From the NCBI GenBank assembly GCA_041161415.1, contig JBEAUN010000327.1, positions 1 to 24,439 of the forward strand: 24,439 nt of DNA, written 5' to 3'. Source of the DNA: Pseudomonadota bacterium. Its GTDB lineage: Bacteria; Pseudomonadota; Gammaproteobacteria; Burkholderiales; Rhodocyclaceae. This document shows positions 1 through 8,744 of the stretch, piece by piece. The notes under the pieces were generated by a model. That model saw only the letters and a list, made by a program, of their open reading frames with translations. It did not search any database and was not told the DNA's origin. Numbering within the stretch: the stretch's first letter is position 1; each line of letters starts with the position of its first letter. Position numbers and translations under genes: made by a program.

Positions 1-72
1 TGTAGCCACCATCTAGCCAAATTCAGCCATTTTGGCGTGTCGCTTGCCCAACCAGAGACATCACCCCGCCGG
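1..72 (+). repeat. Direct repeat copy A (partner at 9384-9454), containing three short AGCCA-core motifs
   Basis: 1-72 aligns by eye to 9384-9454 with 3 substitutions and 1 indel (TTTT vs TTT). It runs to the window edge, so it may extend further left. Confidence 0.95.
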
Positions 73-270
73 GGCTGCCGGCAGGCACGCTCAGCAACCC
101 TTCGTCATAGCGTTGCAACCAGAGAAAGGTTTGCGTGTAACGGGCGATCACATCGACCAGCCCATGCCCTTGGTCGGTGGTCAGTGTCTCACCTGCCGCA
201 GCCTTCTCTACCAGTTGCAGTACGGCTCCCAGCTCGGCGGCGTTTTTCTTGAAGCGCTGGCGATTAAAGG
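62..270 (-). pseudogene. Internal fragment of a RhuM/Fic-family gene (no 5' half, Fic domain deleted)
   Basis: Aligns to 9936-10145 with about 10 substitutions and 1 indel. It translates as ...FNRQRFKKNAAELGAVLQLVEKAAAGETLTTDQGHGLVDVIARYTQTFLWLQRYDEGLL..., the linker region of RhuM-Fic proteins. Confidence 0.85.
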
Positions 271-421
271 AGCTTGACGCACACAACAGGCAGGCGCCTT
301 GAATGCCGTAGAATGAGCCGCTTGTTATGACTCACCTCAGCGGCAGCCAGAGCCCCACCTCTCTTCCGCCTGACTGTGTCGCCGAATACCTTCGCCCCAG
401 CCATCGAAAAAACAAACGCAC

Positions 422-2233
422 ATGAATTTCACCGAGCTTGCCAGTTTCATCTGGTCCGTTGCAGACCTGCTTCGAGGCGATTACAAACAGGCCGATTACG
501 GCAAAGTCATTCTGCCTTTCACGCTGCTGCGGCGGCTGGATTGCGTGTTGGCACCCACACGCGACGAAGTGCGCGAGGAATACGCCAAACGAAAAGACAG
601 CGGGGTGGTGCTCGACCCCATCCTGAAACGCAAAAGCCGGGAGGCGTTTTACAACGTGAGCCCCTTCACGTTGTCCGGCTTGTTGTCGGACCCGGCGCAT
701 ATCCGCCAGAACCTCGTTGCTTATGTTTCGGATTTTTCCGCCGATGCGCGGGATATCTTCGAGCGTTTCAAATTCATCGAACGCGTGGGCGAGCTGGACG
801 AGAAAAATCTGCTTTTCATGCTTGTTCAGAGATTTTCAGCGGTCGACCTTCACCCGGCGTCGGTGCCGAATGAAACGATGGGGCTGGTGTTTGAAGAACT
901 CATCCGGAAATTTGCTGAAGCCTCCAACGAAACAGCCGGGGAGCACTTCACCCCGCGCGAGGTTATCAAGCTCATCGTGCATTGCCTGTTCGCCGGTGAC
1001 GATGAGGCGCTGGCTAAACCCGGTGTGGTGCGCTCGATGTATGACCCCACCGCCGGGACGGGTGGCATTCTTTCCGTGGGCGAGGCCGTGACCCGCGAAA
1101 TCAATGGGTCTGCCAAGCTGGTGCTGTTCGGTCAAGAGCTCAACGACGAGTCCTATGCCATTTGCAAAGCCGACATGCTCATCAAAGGGCAGGACCCTAA
1201 AAACATGGTCCGGGGCAACACCCTTTCGCAAGACGGTTTCCCCGGCGAGAAATTCGACTACTGCGCCGCCAACCCGCCCTTCGGTGTGGACTGGAAAAAA
1301 GTGCAGGACATCGTCAAGGCAGAGCACGACAAGAAAGGTTACGGCGGTCGCTTCGGCCCGGGGCTGCCGCGTGTCTCCGATGGCTCGCTGTTATTTCTGC
1401 TGCACCTCATTTCGAAAATGCGCCCGCCCGCCGAGGGTGGCGGACGGATTGGCATTGTATTGAACGGCTCACCGCTATTCACGGGCGATGCCGGCTCCGG
1501 CGAATCGGAAATCCGGCGCTGGATTCTCGAAAATGACTTGCTCGATGCCATCATCGCCCTGCCCAACGACCTGTTTTACAACACCGGGATTGCGACTTAC
1601 ATCTGGTTGCTCGACAACGACAAACCCGCCGTGCGCCGACACAAGGTGCAGCTCATCGATGCCACGCGGATGTACGCAAAGATGAAAAAGAGCCTGGGCA
1701 ACAAGCGGGTTTTTCTCACCGACGAACAAATCGACGAGGTGGTGAAGGTCTACGCCGGGTTTCATGATGAGGCGCGGTTTGCGCTCGAATTCCGCGAGGC
1801 CGGCAGCGACAAATCCGCCACCGCGCCGGGTGAGGAGGCAAGGGTGGTGTCGAAGATATTCGGCACCGGGTTCTTCGGTTACCGGAAGGTCACAGTCGAC
1901 CGCCCACCGGCTCCGGGGAGCGAGGTGACGGTCAAACTCAAGAAGGGCCAGCGCCCCTACGACCCGGCGTTGCGGGACACCGAGAACATTCCGCTCGGCG
2001 AGGATGTCGACGCCTACATGGCGCGGGAAGTCCTGCCGCATGTGCCGGATGCTTACGTCAATGCCGATGTGCGGGATGAGAAGGATGGCAGGGTGGGCAA
2101 GGTGGGGTATGAAATCAATTTCAACCGGTATTTCTACGTCTACAAACCGCCACGGCCACCGCAGGTGATTGCGGAGGAAATTCGGGAGATGGAGAAGCGG
2201 TTTTTGGAGTTGATGAAAGAGATGATGCTGTGA
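422..2233 (+). CDS. hsdM: Type I restriction-modification methyltransferase subunit M (N6-adenine)
   Basis: 603 aa. HsdM N-terminus (FIWSVADLLRGDYKQADYGKVILPFTLLRRLD), SAM-binding motif YDPTAGTGG, catalytic NPPF, GEHFTPRE motif. Confidence 0.97.
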   Translation: MNFTELASFIWSVADLLRGDYKQADYGKVILPFTLLRRLDCVLAPTRDEVREEYAKRKDSGVVLDPILKRKSREAFYNVSPFTLSGLLSDPAHIRQNLVAYVSDFSADARDIFERFKFIERVGELDEKNLLFMLVQRFSAVDLHPASVPNETMGLVFEELIRKFAEASNETAGEHFTPREVIKLIVHCLFAGDDEALAKPGVVRSMYDPTAGTGGILSVGEAVTREINGSAKLVLFGQELNDESYAICKADMLIKGQDPKNMVRGNTLSQDGFPGEKFDYCAANPPFGVDWKKVQDIVKAEHDKKGYGGRFGPGLPRVSDGSLLFLLHLISKMRPPAEGGGRIGIVLNGSPLFTGDAGSGESEIRRWILENDLLDAIIALPNDLFYNTGIATYIWLLDNDKPAVRRHKVQLIDATRMYAKMKKSLGNKRVFLTDEQIDEVVKVYAGFHDEARFALEFREAGSDKSATAPGEEARVVSKIFGTGFFGYRKVTVDRPPAPGSEVTVKLKKGQRPYDPALRDTENIPLGEDVDAYMAREVLPHVPDAYVNADVRDEKDGRVGKVGYEINFNRYFYVYKPPRPPQVIAEEIREMEKRFLELMKEMML

Positions 2234-3555
2234 GTGACGCCGACAATGTACGGCGATTGAAATACGCCATCGAGGGTTGCATAAACGGAGTCTGGGGGGA
2301 TGAGCCCAACGGAATAGATGACATCATCGTGGTTCGTGTTGCGGACTTCGACCGGGCTAGAGGCGCGGTAACTCTTGGTGACTCCCCGACCATCCGGGCA
2401 ATCCCGGATTCAGCGCGCAATCGCAGAACCCTTAGGTCAGGGGATTTGCTGATTGAGAAGTCGGGAGGCGGAGAACAGCAACCCGTCGGCAACGTAGTAC
2501 TGTTCAATGACGAGCGCAAGGCTGTCTGCTCCAACTTCGTCGCCAGGATGGCAGTTGCTGAAGAATGCGACAGCCGTTTTGTGGCGTACTCCTTCCACTC
2601 TCTCTACGCAGAGGGAAGAAATATTCCGCATATCAAGCAGACGTCGGGTATCCAGAACCTAGACTCCGAAAGCTACTTTAACGAGCGGGCCTGGTTGCCT
2701 GAAAAAGCTCAACAAGTCCGTATCGCCAACTTCCTCGACGAGCAGACAGCGCGTATTGATACGTTGATTGCAGAGAAGGAGCGATTGGCCGTATGCGTAC
2801 GTGAATTTGAACAAGGAAAAATATCCGAGCTCGTAACCTACGGGGTTCGCGTAGAAGCTTTACGAAAGACGGGCAATGCATTTGTGCCAGCAGCACCTTG
2901 TACCTGGCGAGTTGCTGCCTTTAAGCGTGCCCTGGTTGATATGGACCAAGGCTGGAGTCCGCAATGTGAGAGCCGACCCGCTGACAGCAGTGAGTGGGGC
3001 GTGCTGAAGGTAGGTTGTGTGAATGGCGTTCGCTTCGACGCAACCGAAAACAAGGCCCTACCTTCTGAACTTGCGCCTGACTTATCTTGTTTGATTCGTA
3101 AAGGAGATGTGTTGGTCTCACGAGCCAATACAAGAGAACTCGTCGGACTCGCTGCCATGGTCGATTCGGACTACCCCAATCTGCTCCTATGCGACAAGCT
3201 GTACCGATTGAAATTGCGACCTGACTGGGTGCTTCCAGCATTCAGCATATTGCTACTGCGTTCGGGTTCAGTTCGTCGCCAAGTTGAGCTCGGAGCGAGC
3301 GGGGCGAGTTCATCGATGCAGAACATTTCCCAGGATGTTATTCGGGAGCTTGTTGTAGCCTTACCGCCACTCGAAGAGCAGCAGCAGATTGTCATCTTGG
3401 CGGAGCGTATCCGCCAGTCTTGTGGTGGGTTGCGCGCGCATGTGGCTCAGCACATCTCTCGCCTCCGCGAATACCGCTCCTCCCTGATTTCAGCCGCCGT
3501 CACCGGCCAGCTGAATCTCGATGACCACACCCACACCCGGCGCGAGGTGGCCTGA
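2230..3555 (+). CDS. hsdS: Type I restriction-modification specificity subunit S (two TRDs)
   Basis: 441 aa. GTG start overlaps the hsdM stop (GTGA). Two TRD-like halves, each followed by a conserved helical region (LPEKAQQVRIANFLDEQTARIDTLI; LPPLEEQQQIV...LREYRSSLISAAVTGQL). Confidence 0.95.
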   Translation: MSDADNVRRLKYAIEGCINGVWGDEPNGIDDIIVVRVADFDRARGAVTLGDSPTIRAIPDSARNRRTLRSGDLLIEKSGGGEQQPVGNVVLFNDERKAVCSNFVARMAVAEECDSRFVAYSFHSLYAEGRNIPHIKQTSGIQNLDSESYFNERAWLPEKAQQVRIANFLDEQTARIDTLIAEKERLAVCVREFEQGKISELVTYGVRVEALRKTGNAFVPAAPCTWRVAAFKRALVDMDQGWSPQCESRPADSSEWGVLKVGCVNGVRFDATENKALPSELAPDLSCLIRKGDVLVSRANTRELVGLAAMVDSDYPNLLLCDKLYRLKLRPDWVLPAFSILLLRSGSVRRQVELGASGASSSMQNISQDVIRELVVALPPLEEQQQIVILAERIRQSCGGLRAHVAQHISRLREYRSSLISAAVTGQLNLDDHTHTRREVA

Positions 3556-3557
3556 CC

Positions 3558-4418
3558 ATGCGGCCACAAACCATCCAGATTTTCTTGCCCGCTGGCGACC
3601 CGCGCGGTGTGCGTGTGGCTGAAATCACCACCCGCATCGTGCGCGTGATTGAAGTGCCGCGCAGTCTGCTTGCGGATTTCCTCGACATGCCGGAATCACA
3701 ACAACCGGGGCTGTATTACCTGGTGGGCGGTGCTGGGGAGGGTGAAACCGCTCAGCTGTATATCGGTCAAAGCGGCTCGGTGGGGGGGCGTCTGGGCCAG
3801 CAAAACCAGAGCCGTGATTTCTGGAACCGGGCGCTGGTGGTGGTTTCCTTGACCAACAGCATCACGCAGACACATGTGCTGTTTCTGGAATGGCTGGCCA
3901 TCAAGGAGGCGCTCGCGGCGGAGCGCTATGCGCTGGAAAACGGAAACAACGGCGCCCGCCCTCACACCCCCGCTCCGCTGGAAGCGGACTGTCTTGAAAT
4001 TCATGAGACCGCCCGCACCCTGCTCGCCACGCTGGGCTACCCGGTATTCGAGCCCGTCGCGCGGCCTTCCGAGCGGGATGACAACGAGATATTGTTCTGC
4101 AAATCTTCCGGCGCCCAAGGCAGCGGGGTCTACACCTCGGAAGGGTTCGTGGTGCTCAAGGGGTCGATTGGACGGCTGGACAGCGTGCCCTCAATCGTTG
4201 GCACGGCCGGCGGCAAGCTGCGCCAGCGCTTGCTTGATGCCGGCGTGATGCGCGCGGAAGGGGCCACTGTGGTTTTCGAGAAAGACCATCTTTTCCGCTC
4301 GCCGAGCATGGCGGGGCTGGCCCTGATGGGGCGCACCTGCAATGGCTGGCTGGATTGGAAGGACGCGAGCGGCAGGACGCTGAATGAATTGAAGCGGCAG
4401 CCGAGCGCATCAAGCTAA
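3558..4418 (+). CDS. GIY-YIG nuclease-family protein with a C-terminal DUF4357-like domain
   Basis: 286 aa. GLYYLVG...LYIGQS...RL...DFW...FLE...ENGN matches the GIY-YIG layout. C-terminal FRSPSMAGLALMGRTCNGWLDWKDASGRTL matches the DUF4357 pattern (F.SPS.A....G...NGW..WK...G.TL). Starts 2 nt after the hsdS stop. Confidence 0.8.
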   Translation: MRPQTIQIFLPAGDPRGVRVAEITTRIVRVIEVPRSLLADFLDMPESQQPGLYYLVGGAGEGETAQLYIGQSGSVGGRLGQQNQSRDFWNRALVVVSLTNSITQTHVLFLEWLAIKEALAAERYALENGNNGARPHTPAPLEADCLEIHETARTLLATLGYPVFEPVARPSERDDNEILFCKSSGAQGSGVYTSEGFVVLKGSIGRLDSVPSIVGTAGGKLRQRLLDAGVMRAEGATVVFEKDHLFRSPSMAGLALMGRTCNGWLDWKDASGRTLNELKRQPSASS

Positions 4419-4451
4419 GCGGTACCCCTCCAACCATCGCATAGGTGACCC

Positions 4452-7400
4452 GTGCCCAAGCTGACAAACGTGCATACCGAAAAGGTGTTCGAGGACGAGC
4501 TCTGTGCGCACCTCGCGGCGAACCAATGGGTGGTGCGCACCCACCTGAAAGACGCGACGTCCTATGACCGCGAGCTGGCGATTTTCCCGGATGACCTGCT
4601 GGCTTTTGTTCAGGCTACGCAGTCGGAGGAGTGGGCCAAATTCCGCAAGTGGCACAACGGGGATGCCGAGCAGGTATTCATCAAGCGCGTCGCCCAGCAG
4701 CTGGATAAACACGGCACGCTACATGTGCTGCGCAATGGCTTCAAAGACCGGGACGCGAAATTTGTGTTGTGCCAATTTCGGCCGGCGCATCAGAAAAATC
4801 CCACGCTGTGGGAAGCCTACAAACAGAATCGTTTGACAGTCATCCGGCAGCTGCATTACAGCCTGCACAACGAAAACAGCATCGACCTGGTGTTATTCGT
4901 GAATGGTCTGCCGGTGGCGACGAGCGAGCTGAAAACGGACCTTACGCAAAACATCCGGGATGCGATTGTTCAGTACAAAAAAGACCGTCAACCCAGGGAC
5001 ACGAAAACCAAGCAGCCTGAGCCGCTGTTGGAGTTCAAAACGCGAGCACTGGTGCATTTTGCGGTGTCGACGGATGAGGTGTTCATGACGACGCAGCTGA
5101 AGGGAGAAAAAACTTTTTTTCTGCCCTTCAATCAGGGGCGCCCCGACGGCTTTGGCGGCGCCACCAGTGGCAACCCGCCCGCGCCGCTGGAGATAGGTTA
5201 CCCGACCGGATACCTTTGGCACTGGGTGTGGCACCGGGATGTATGGCTCGACATTCTCGGAAATTTTTTGCACCTCGAGAAAAAGGAGGTCGAGGACCCC
5301 AAGACCGGTGCAAAGAGCATCAAGGAAACGCTGATTTTTCCGCGCTTTCACCAGCTGGATGTGGTGCTGCGCTTGGTTCGGGCCGCCGCCGAAGAGGGCA
5401 CGGGCAAGACCTGGCTGGTGCAGCATTCGGCGGGCTCCGGGAAATCGAATTCGATTGCCTGGACGGCCCATCGGCTTGCCAATCTGCACAACGCCCGGGA
5501 TGAAAAGGTTTTCAATTCGGTGATTGTCATCACTGACCGCAAGGTTCTCGACCGCCAGTTGCAGGAAACCATCAGCCAGTTCGAGCACAAGGCGGGCGTG
5601 GTGCAAAAAATCGACCGGAACAGTCAGCAGCTTGCGGATGCGCTGAATGACGGCGCGCCGATTATCGTGACCACACTCCAGAAGTTTCCGAATGTGCTGG
5701 AAAAGGTGACCGCCCTTAAGAAACGCAACTTCGCACTCATCATTGACGAGGCCCACTCAAGCCAATCCGGTTCCGTCGCGCAGAAACTGCGCAAGGCGCT
5801 CACCACGGGCGATGGCAGTGCGCCAGCATTTTCTGCGGAGCTGGACGCGACGGACTACCAGATTGAACAGCGCTTCGATTTTGACCCGGATAGTGTGACG
5901 GCCGAGGATGTCATCAATCAGGTGATTTCTGCACGCAAGCGGCCGGACAATGTCAGCTACTTCGCCTTCACCGCAACGCCCAAGGCCAAGACCTTGGAGC
6001 TGTTTGGCCGCAAGGGGCCTGACGGGCTGCCCGAACCCTTCCATGTTTATTCGATGCGGCAGGCCATCGACGAGGGATTCATCCTTGATGTACTGAAGCA
6101 CTACATCTCATACAAGGCTTATTACAAGCTCGGCTCGGCGTCTGAATCGAAGCTGGTGCCTGCGGGGCGAGCCAAGAAAACGCTGGCGCGTTACGCGGCC
6201 TTGCATGCATACAACATCGCCCAGAAAGTGGTGGTGATTGTCGAGCACTTCCGGGAGTTCGTGGCCCACAGGATTGGCGGATGCGCGAAGGCGATGGTGG
6301 TGACCGACAGCCGGGTCTCGGCGGTACGCTACAAACTCGCGATGGATAAATACATCAAGGAGCGCGGGTATCAGAACCTGAAAACACTGGTCGCATTTTC
6401 AGGAAAAGTGTCGGACCTTGAATCCGGACCGGATGATTTCACTGAGGCGAACATGAATCCCGGAGTCAGCGGCGAGCCCTCCGAGGCGTTCAAGGGCGAT
6501 GATTTTCGCCTGCTTCTGGTGGCCAATAAATATCAGACGGGTTTCGACCAGCCATTGCTGCACACCATGTACGTGGACAAGCGCTTGTCGGGGGTGCTGG
6601 CAGTGCAAACTCTGTCGCGCCTGAATCGAACATGCGCGGGCAAGGACGACACATTCGTGCTCGATTTTGTCAATAAGCCCGAGGAGATACTGGAGAGCTT
6701 TCTGCCCTATTACCGCAGTGCGCGGCTGGAGGGTGAAACGGACCCGAATATCGTCCATGAGTTGCAGCTGAAGCTGGATAAGTCAGGTGTGTATTACCCC
6801 GCGGAAGTGGAGGCTTTTGCGGAGGCTTTCTTTGACCCGAAACGAAAGCAATCTACCCTGCATGGCTTCCTCAAACCGGCTGCGGACCGTTTCTTCGAAT
6901 TATCCGAGGAAGAGGCCGACCAGTTCAGGAAAGACCTGGGGGCATTCCTTCGTTTGTATGATTTCCTGTCCCAAATCGTGCCTTACGAGGATACGGACCT
7001 TGAAAAGCGCTACGCCTTCGGAAAAATTCTGATGCCGCGTATCACAGAGGGCACCGGCTCGAGCATCCTGGAGCTGGATTCTGATGTTCGCCTGACCCAT
7101 TACCGGCTACAAAAGCTCGGGGAGCAGCAACTGAAACTTGAGAGCGGGGAGCAGGTGACCCTCGCACCAGTGACCGAGGCTGGCAGCGGCAAAGCGCGCG
7201 AGGATGAGATGGCGCCGCTTTCTGAAATCGTCGAAAAAATGAACGACCTGTTCGCCGGCGGCGTGACCGAGGCGGACGCGCTGGGAACGCTCACTGCGTG
7301 GTCCGGCCATCTGCTGAAGAATGAAAAACTGGCCGACCAGGCAAAAAACAATTCGCTTGAGCAGTTTGTGCTGGGCGACTTCAAAGAGATTTTCACGGAT

Positions 7401-7550
7401 GTGGTACTGGAATCGCAGGATGGGCACAACAAGATAGCCAACCAGTTGCTAAAGGATGAACGCATCTTCGCCGCCATGCAGGAGATGCTGGCGCAGATGG
7501 TCTACTCGGCTTTTCGGCGGGATAACGCCTCTTCGGGTAGCGGGGTGTAG
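4452..7550 (+). CDS. hsdR: Type I restriction endonuclease subunit R
   Basis: 1032 aa, GTG start. Nuclease motif DLVLFVNGLPVATSELK, Walker A QHSAGSGKS, DEAH box, FTATP, QTGFDQP and QTLSRLNR helicase motifs. Confidence 0.97.
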   Translation: MPKLTNVHTEKVFEDELCAHLAANQWVVRTHLKDATSYDRELAIFPDDLLAFVQATQSEEWAKFRKWHNGDAEQVFIKRVAQQLDKHGTLHVLRNGFKDRDAKFVLCQFRPAHQKNPTLWEAYKQNRLTVIRQLHYSLHNENSIDLVLFVNGLPVATSELKTDLTQNIRDAIVQYKKDRQPRDTKTKQPEPLLEFKTRALVHFAVSTDEVFMTTQLKGEKTFFLPFNQGRPDGFGGATSGNPPAPLEIGYPTGYLWHWVWHRDVWLDILGNFLHLEKKEVEDPKTGAKSIKETLIFPRFHQLDVVLRLVRAAAEEGTGKTWLVQHSAGSGKSNSIAWTAHRLANLHNARDEKVFNSVIVITDRKVLDRQLQETISQFEHKAGVVQKIDRNSQQLADALNDGAPIIVTTLQKFPNVLEKVTALKKRNFALIIDEAHSSQSGSVAQKLRKALTTGDGSAPAFSAELDATDYQIEQRFDFDPDSVTAEDVINQVISARKRPDNVSYFAFTATPKAKTLELFGRKGPDGLPEPFHVYSMRQAIDEGFILDVLKHYISYKAYYKLGSASESKLVPAGRAKKTLARYAALHAYNIAQKVVVIVEHFREFVAHRIGGCAKAMVVTDSRVSAVRYKLAMDKYIKERGYQNLKTLVAFSGKVSDLESGPDDFTEANMNPGVSGEPSEAFKGDDFRLLLVANKYQTGFDQPLLHTMYVDKRLSGVLAVQTLSRLNRTCAGKDDTFVLDFVNKPEEILESFLPYYRSARLEGETDPNIVHELQLKLDKSGVYYPAEVEAFAEAFFDPKRKQSTLHGFLKPAADRFFELSEEEADQFRKDLGAFLRLYDFLSQIVPYEDTDLEKRYAFGKILMPRITEGTGSSILELDSDVRLTHYRLQKLGEQQLKLESGEQVTLAPVTEAGSGKAREDEMAPLSEIVEKMNDLFAGGVTEADALGTLTAWSGHLLKNEKLADQAKNNSLEQFVLGDFKEIFTDVVLESQDGHNKIANQLLKDERIFAAMQEMLAQMVYSAFRRDNASSGSGV

Positions 7551-7639
7551 CGGGTTCTTGCAAACCTGCCGGCTGTGTTGATAACGCGCTTTGCGCTACC
7601 ATCCGGGCATAGGTCAATAAACAATCCACGCGCAACAAA

Positions 7640-8743
7640 GTGAAGACAGCATTCATCAGACCAAGATTCGTCGGCGAGCGTTTTGACGAACACTCGATAC
7701 CCTTGGAGGTCTTGAAAGACTGGGCGGGTATCGAGACGCTTGTCGTCGAGACGGCCAAATGGCTCTATCGACAGGAGCACCAAGGGCGCGTGCGCGTGCC
7801 GCGTGGTTTTGCGGACGGCTTCGCACTGCATTTGTCCGCGATTGGTGAAGGCAGCGCAGTCGCCGTGCTTGACAGAACCAGTGGTGGGGACCTGTTTCCA
7901 GATGTCTATGCCGAGTGGTTTGACAAGGCGAGAGACCGTATTTTCGAGGTGATTCGAGCGGCGGCAAATGGCCTGACCACCGACGGACTGCTCCCGAATC
8001 AGCTGTTGTCCCTTTTCGATAAATTCGGCCGGTCGCTGCGCGAGTCAGAGCAAGTCGAGTTTTCTCTGGGCGACGGCGGTGTCGTCAAATACGATGCGCG
8101 CATCCGCAAGACGCTGGTCTTGAAAACGGCGTCGGAATATCGCACCGAGGAGCAGCTGCGCGGCGAGATTTCCCTGGTGGACGCCGAGCGCCTGACGCTG
8201 ACACTCAAACTTTTGAATGGCCGCAAGATTTCGGGCCCCTTCCCACGGGAATTGCGCGAGCAGGCTGTTGATGCCTTGTCGAATTTCGGAGAGTCTCCCG
8301 TGCTTGTTGACTGCGTGGTTGTCCGTGACCACTCGGACAACCTGAAGCAGCTGGAGAGCATCTCCAGAATTGAGCCCCTGGACCCGCTGGATGTGCCCGC
8401 TCGCCTTGAAAGTCTGGCGCAGCTTGCCGATGGGTGGCTTGACCGGGCGGGCTTGGCGCTATCCCCGGGGGGGGGCACTTGGCTAAGCCATGCGTGGCTC
8501 AACCACTTCCCCAAAAATGCACCCCTGCCTTATCTGTACGCAACGCCAGAAGGCGGCGTTCAGGCGGAGTGGGACCTTGATTCGGTTTCGATTCAACTGG
8601 AAATCGACTTGGCGAAAAAGTCTGGCGTCCTGCTCATGTCCTCGAAGGGGACGGGTGAGCTTCAATCCGAGCGGGTTTTGAATCTGGATTCGATTGACGG
8701 TTGGAGAGCCTTGACGGCTGCCTTGGGGCAATCGGGGCAGTGA
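7640..8743 (+). CDS. Hypothetical multi-domain protein (367 aa); candidate antitoxin or sensor partner of the downstream gene
   Basis: Long ORF with GTG start, 89 nt after hsdR on the same strand, and 1 nt from the next ORF. No family recognised with certainty. Confidence 0.85.
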   Translation: MKTAFIRPRFVGERFDEHSIPLEVLKDWAGIETLVVETAKWLYRQEHQGRVRVPRGFADGFALHLSAIGEGSAVAVLDRTSGGDLFPDVYAEWFDKARDRIFEVIRAAANGLTTDGLLPNQLLSLFDKFGRSLRESEQVEFSLGDGGVVKYDARIRKTLVLKTASEYRTEEQLRGEISLVDAERLTLTLKLLNGRKISGPFPRELREQAVDALSNFGESPVLVDCVVVRDHSDNLKQLESISRIEPLDPLDVPARLESLAQLADGWLDRAGLALSPGGGTWLSHAWLNHFPKNAPLPYLYATPEGGVQAEWDLDSVSIQLEIDLAKKSGVLLMSSKGTGELQSERVLNLDSIDGWRALTAALGQSGQ

Positions 8744-8744
8744 C

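Noticed and set aside
274-314. Sigma70 promoter for hsdM (TTGACG, TAGAAT)
   Set aside because: The hexamers are about 29 nt apart and no alternative pairing gives 16-18 nt spacing.
2230-3555. Phase-variable hsdS shufflon
   Set aside because: Only one hsdS, with no invertase and no inverted repeats visible.
4893-5756. 287-aa minus-strand ORF and other long antisense ORFs within hsdM, hsdR and the cas genes (e.g. 21178-21951)
   Set aside because: They lie entirely opposite well-supported genes and have no protein-family features.
7571-7585. GGCTGTGTTGATAAC resembling the 3' end of a type I-C repeat
   Set aside because: Single short gapped match without the upstream hairpin or a second copy; compatible with chance.
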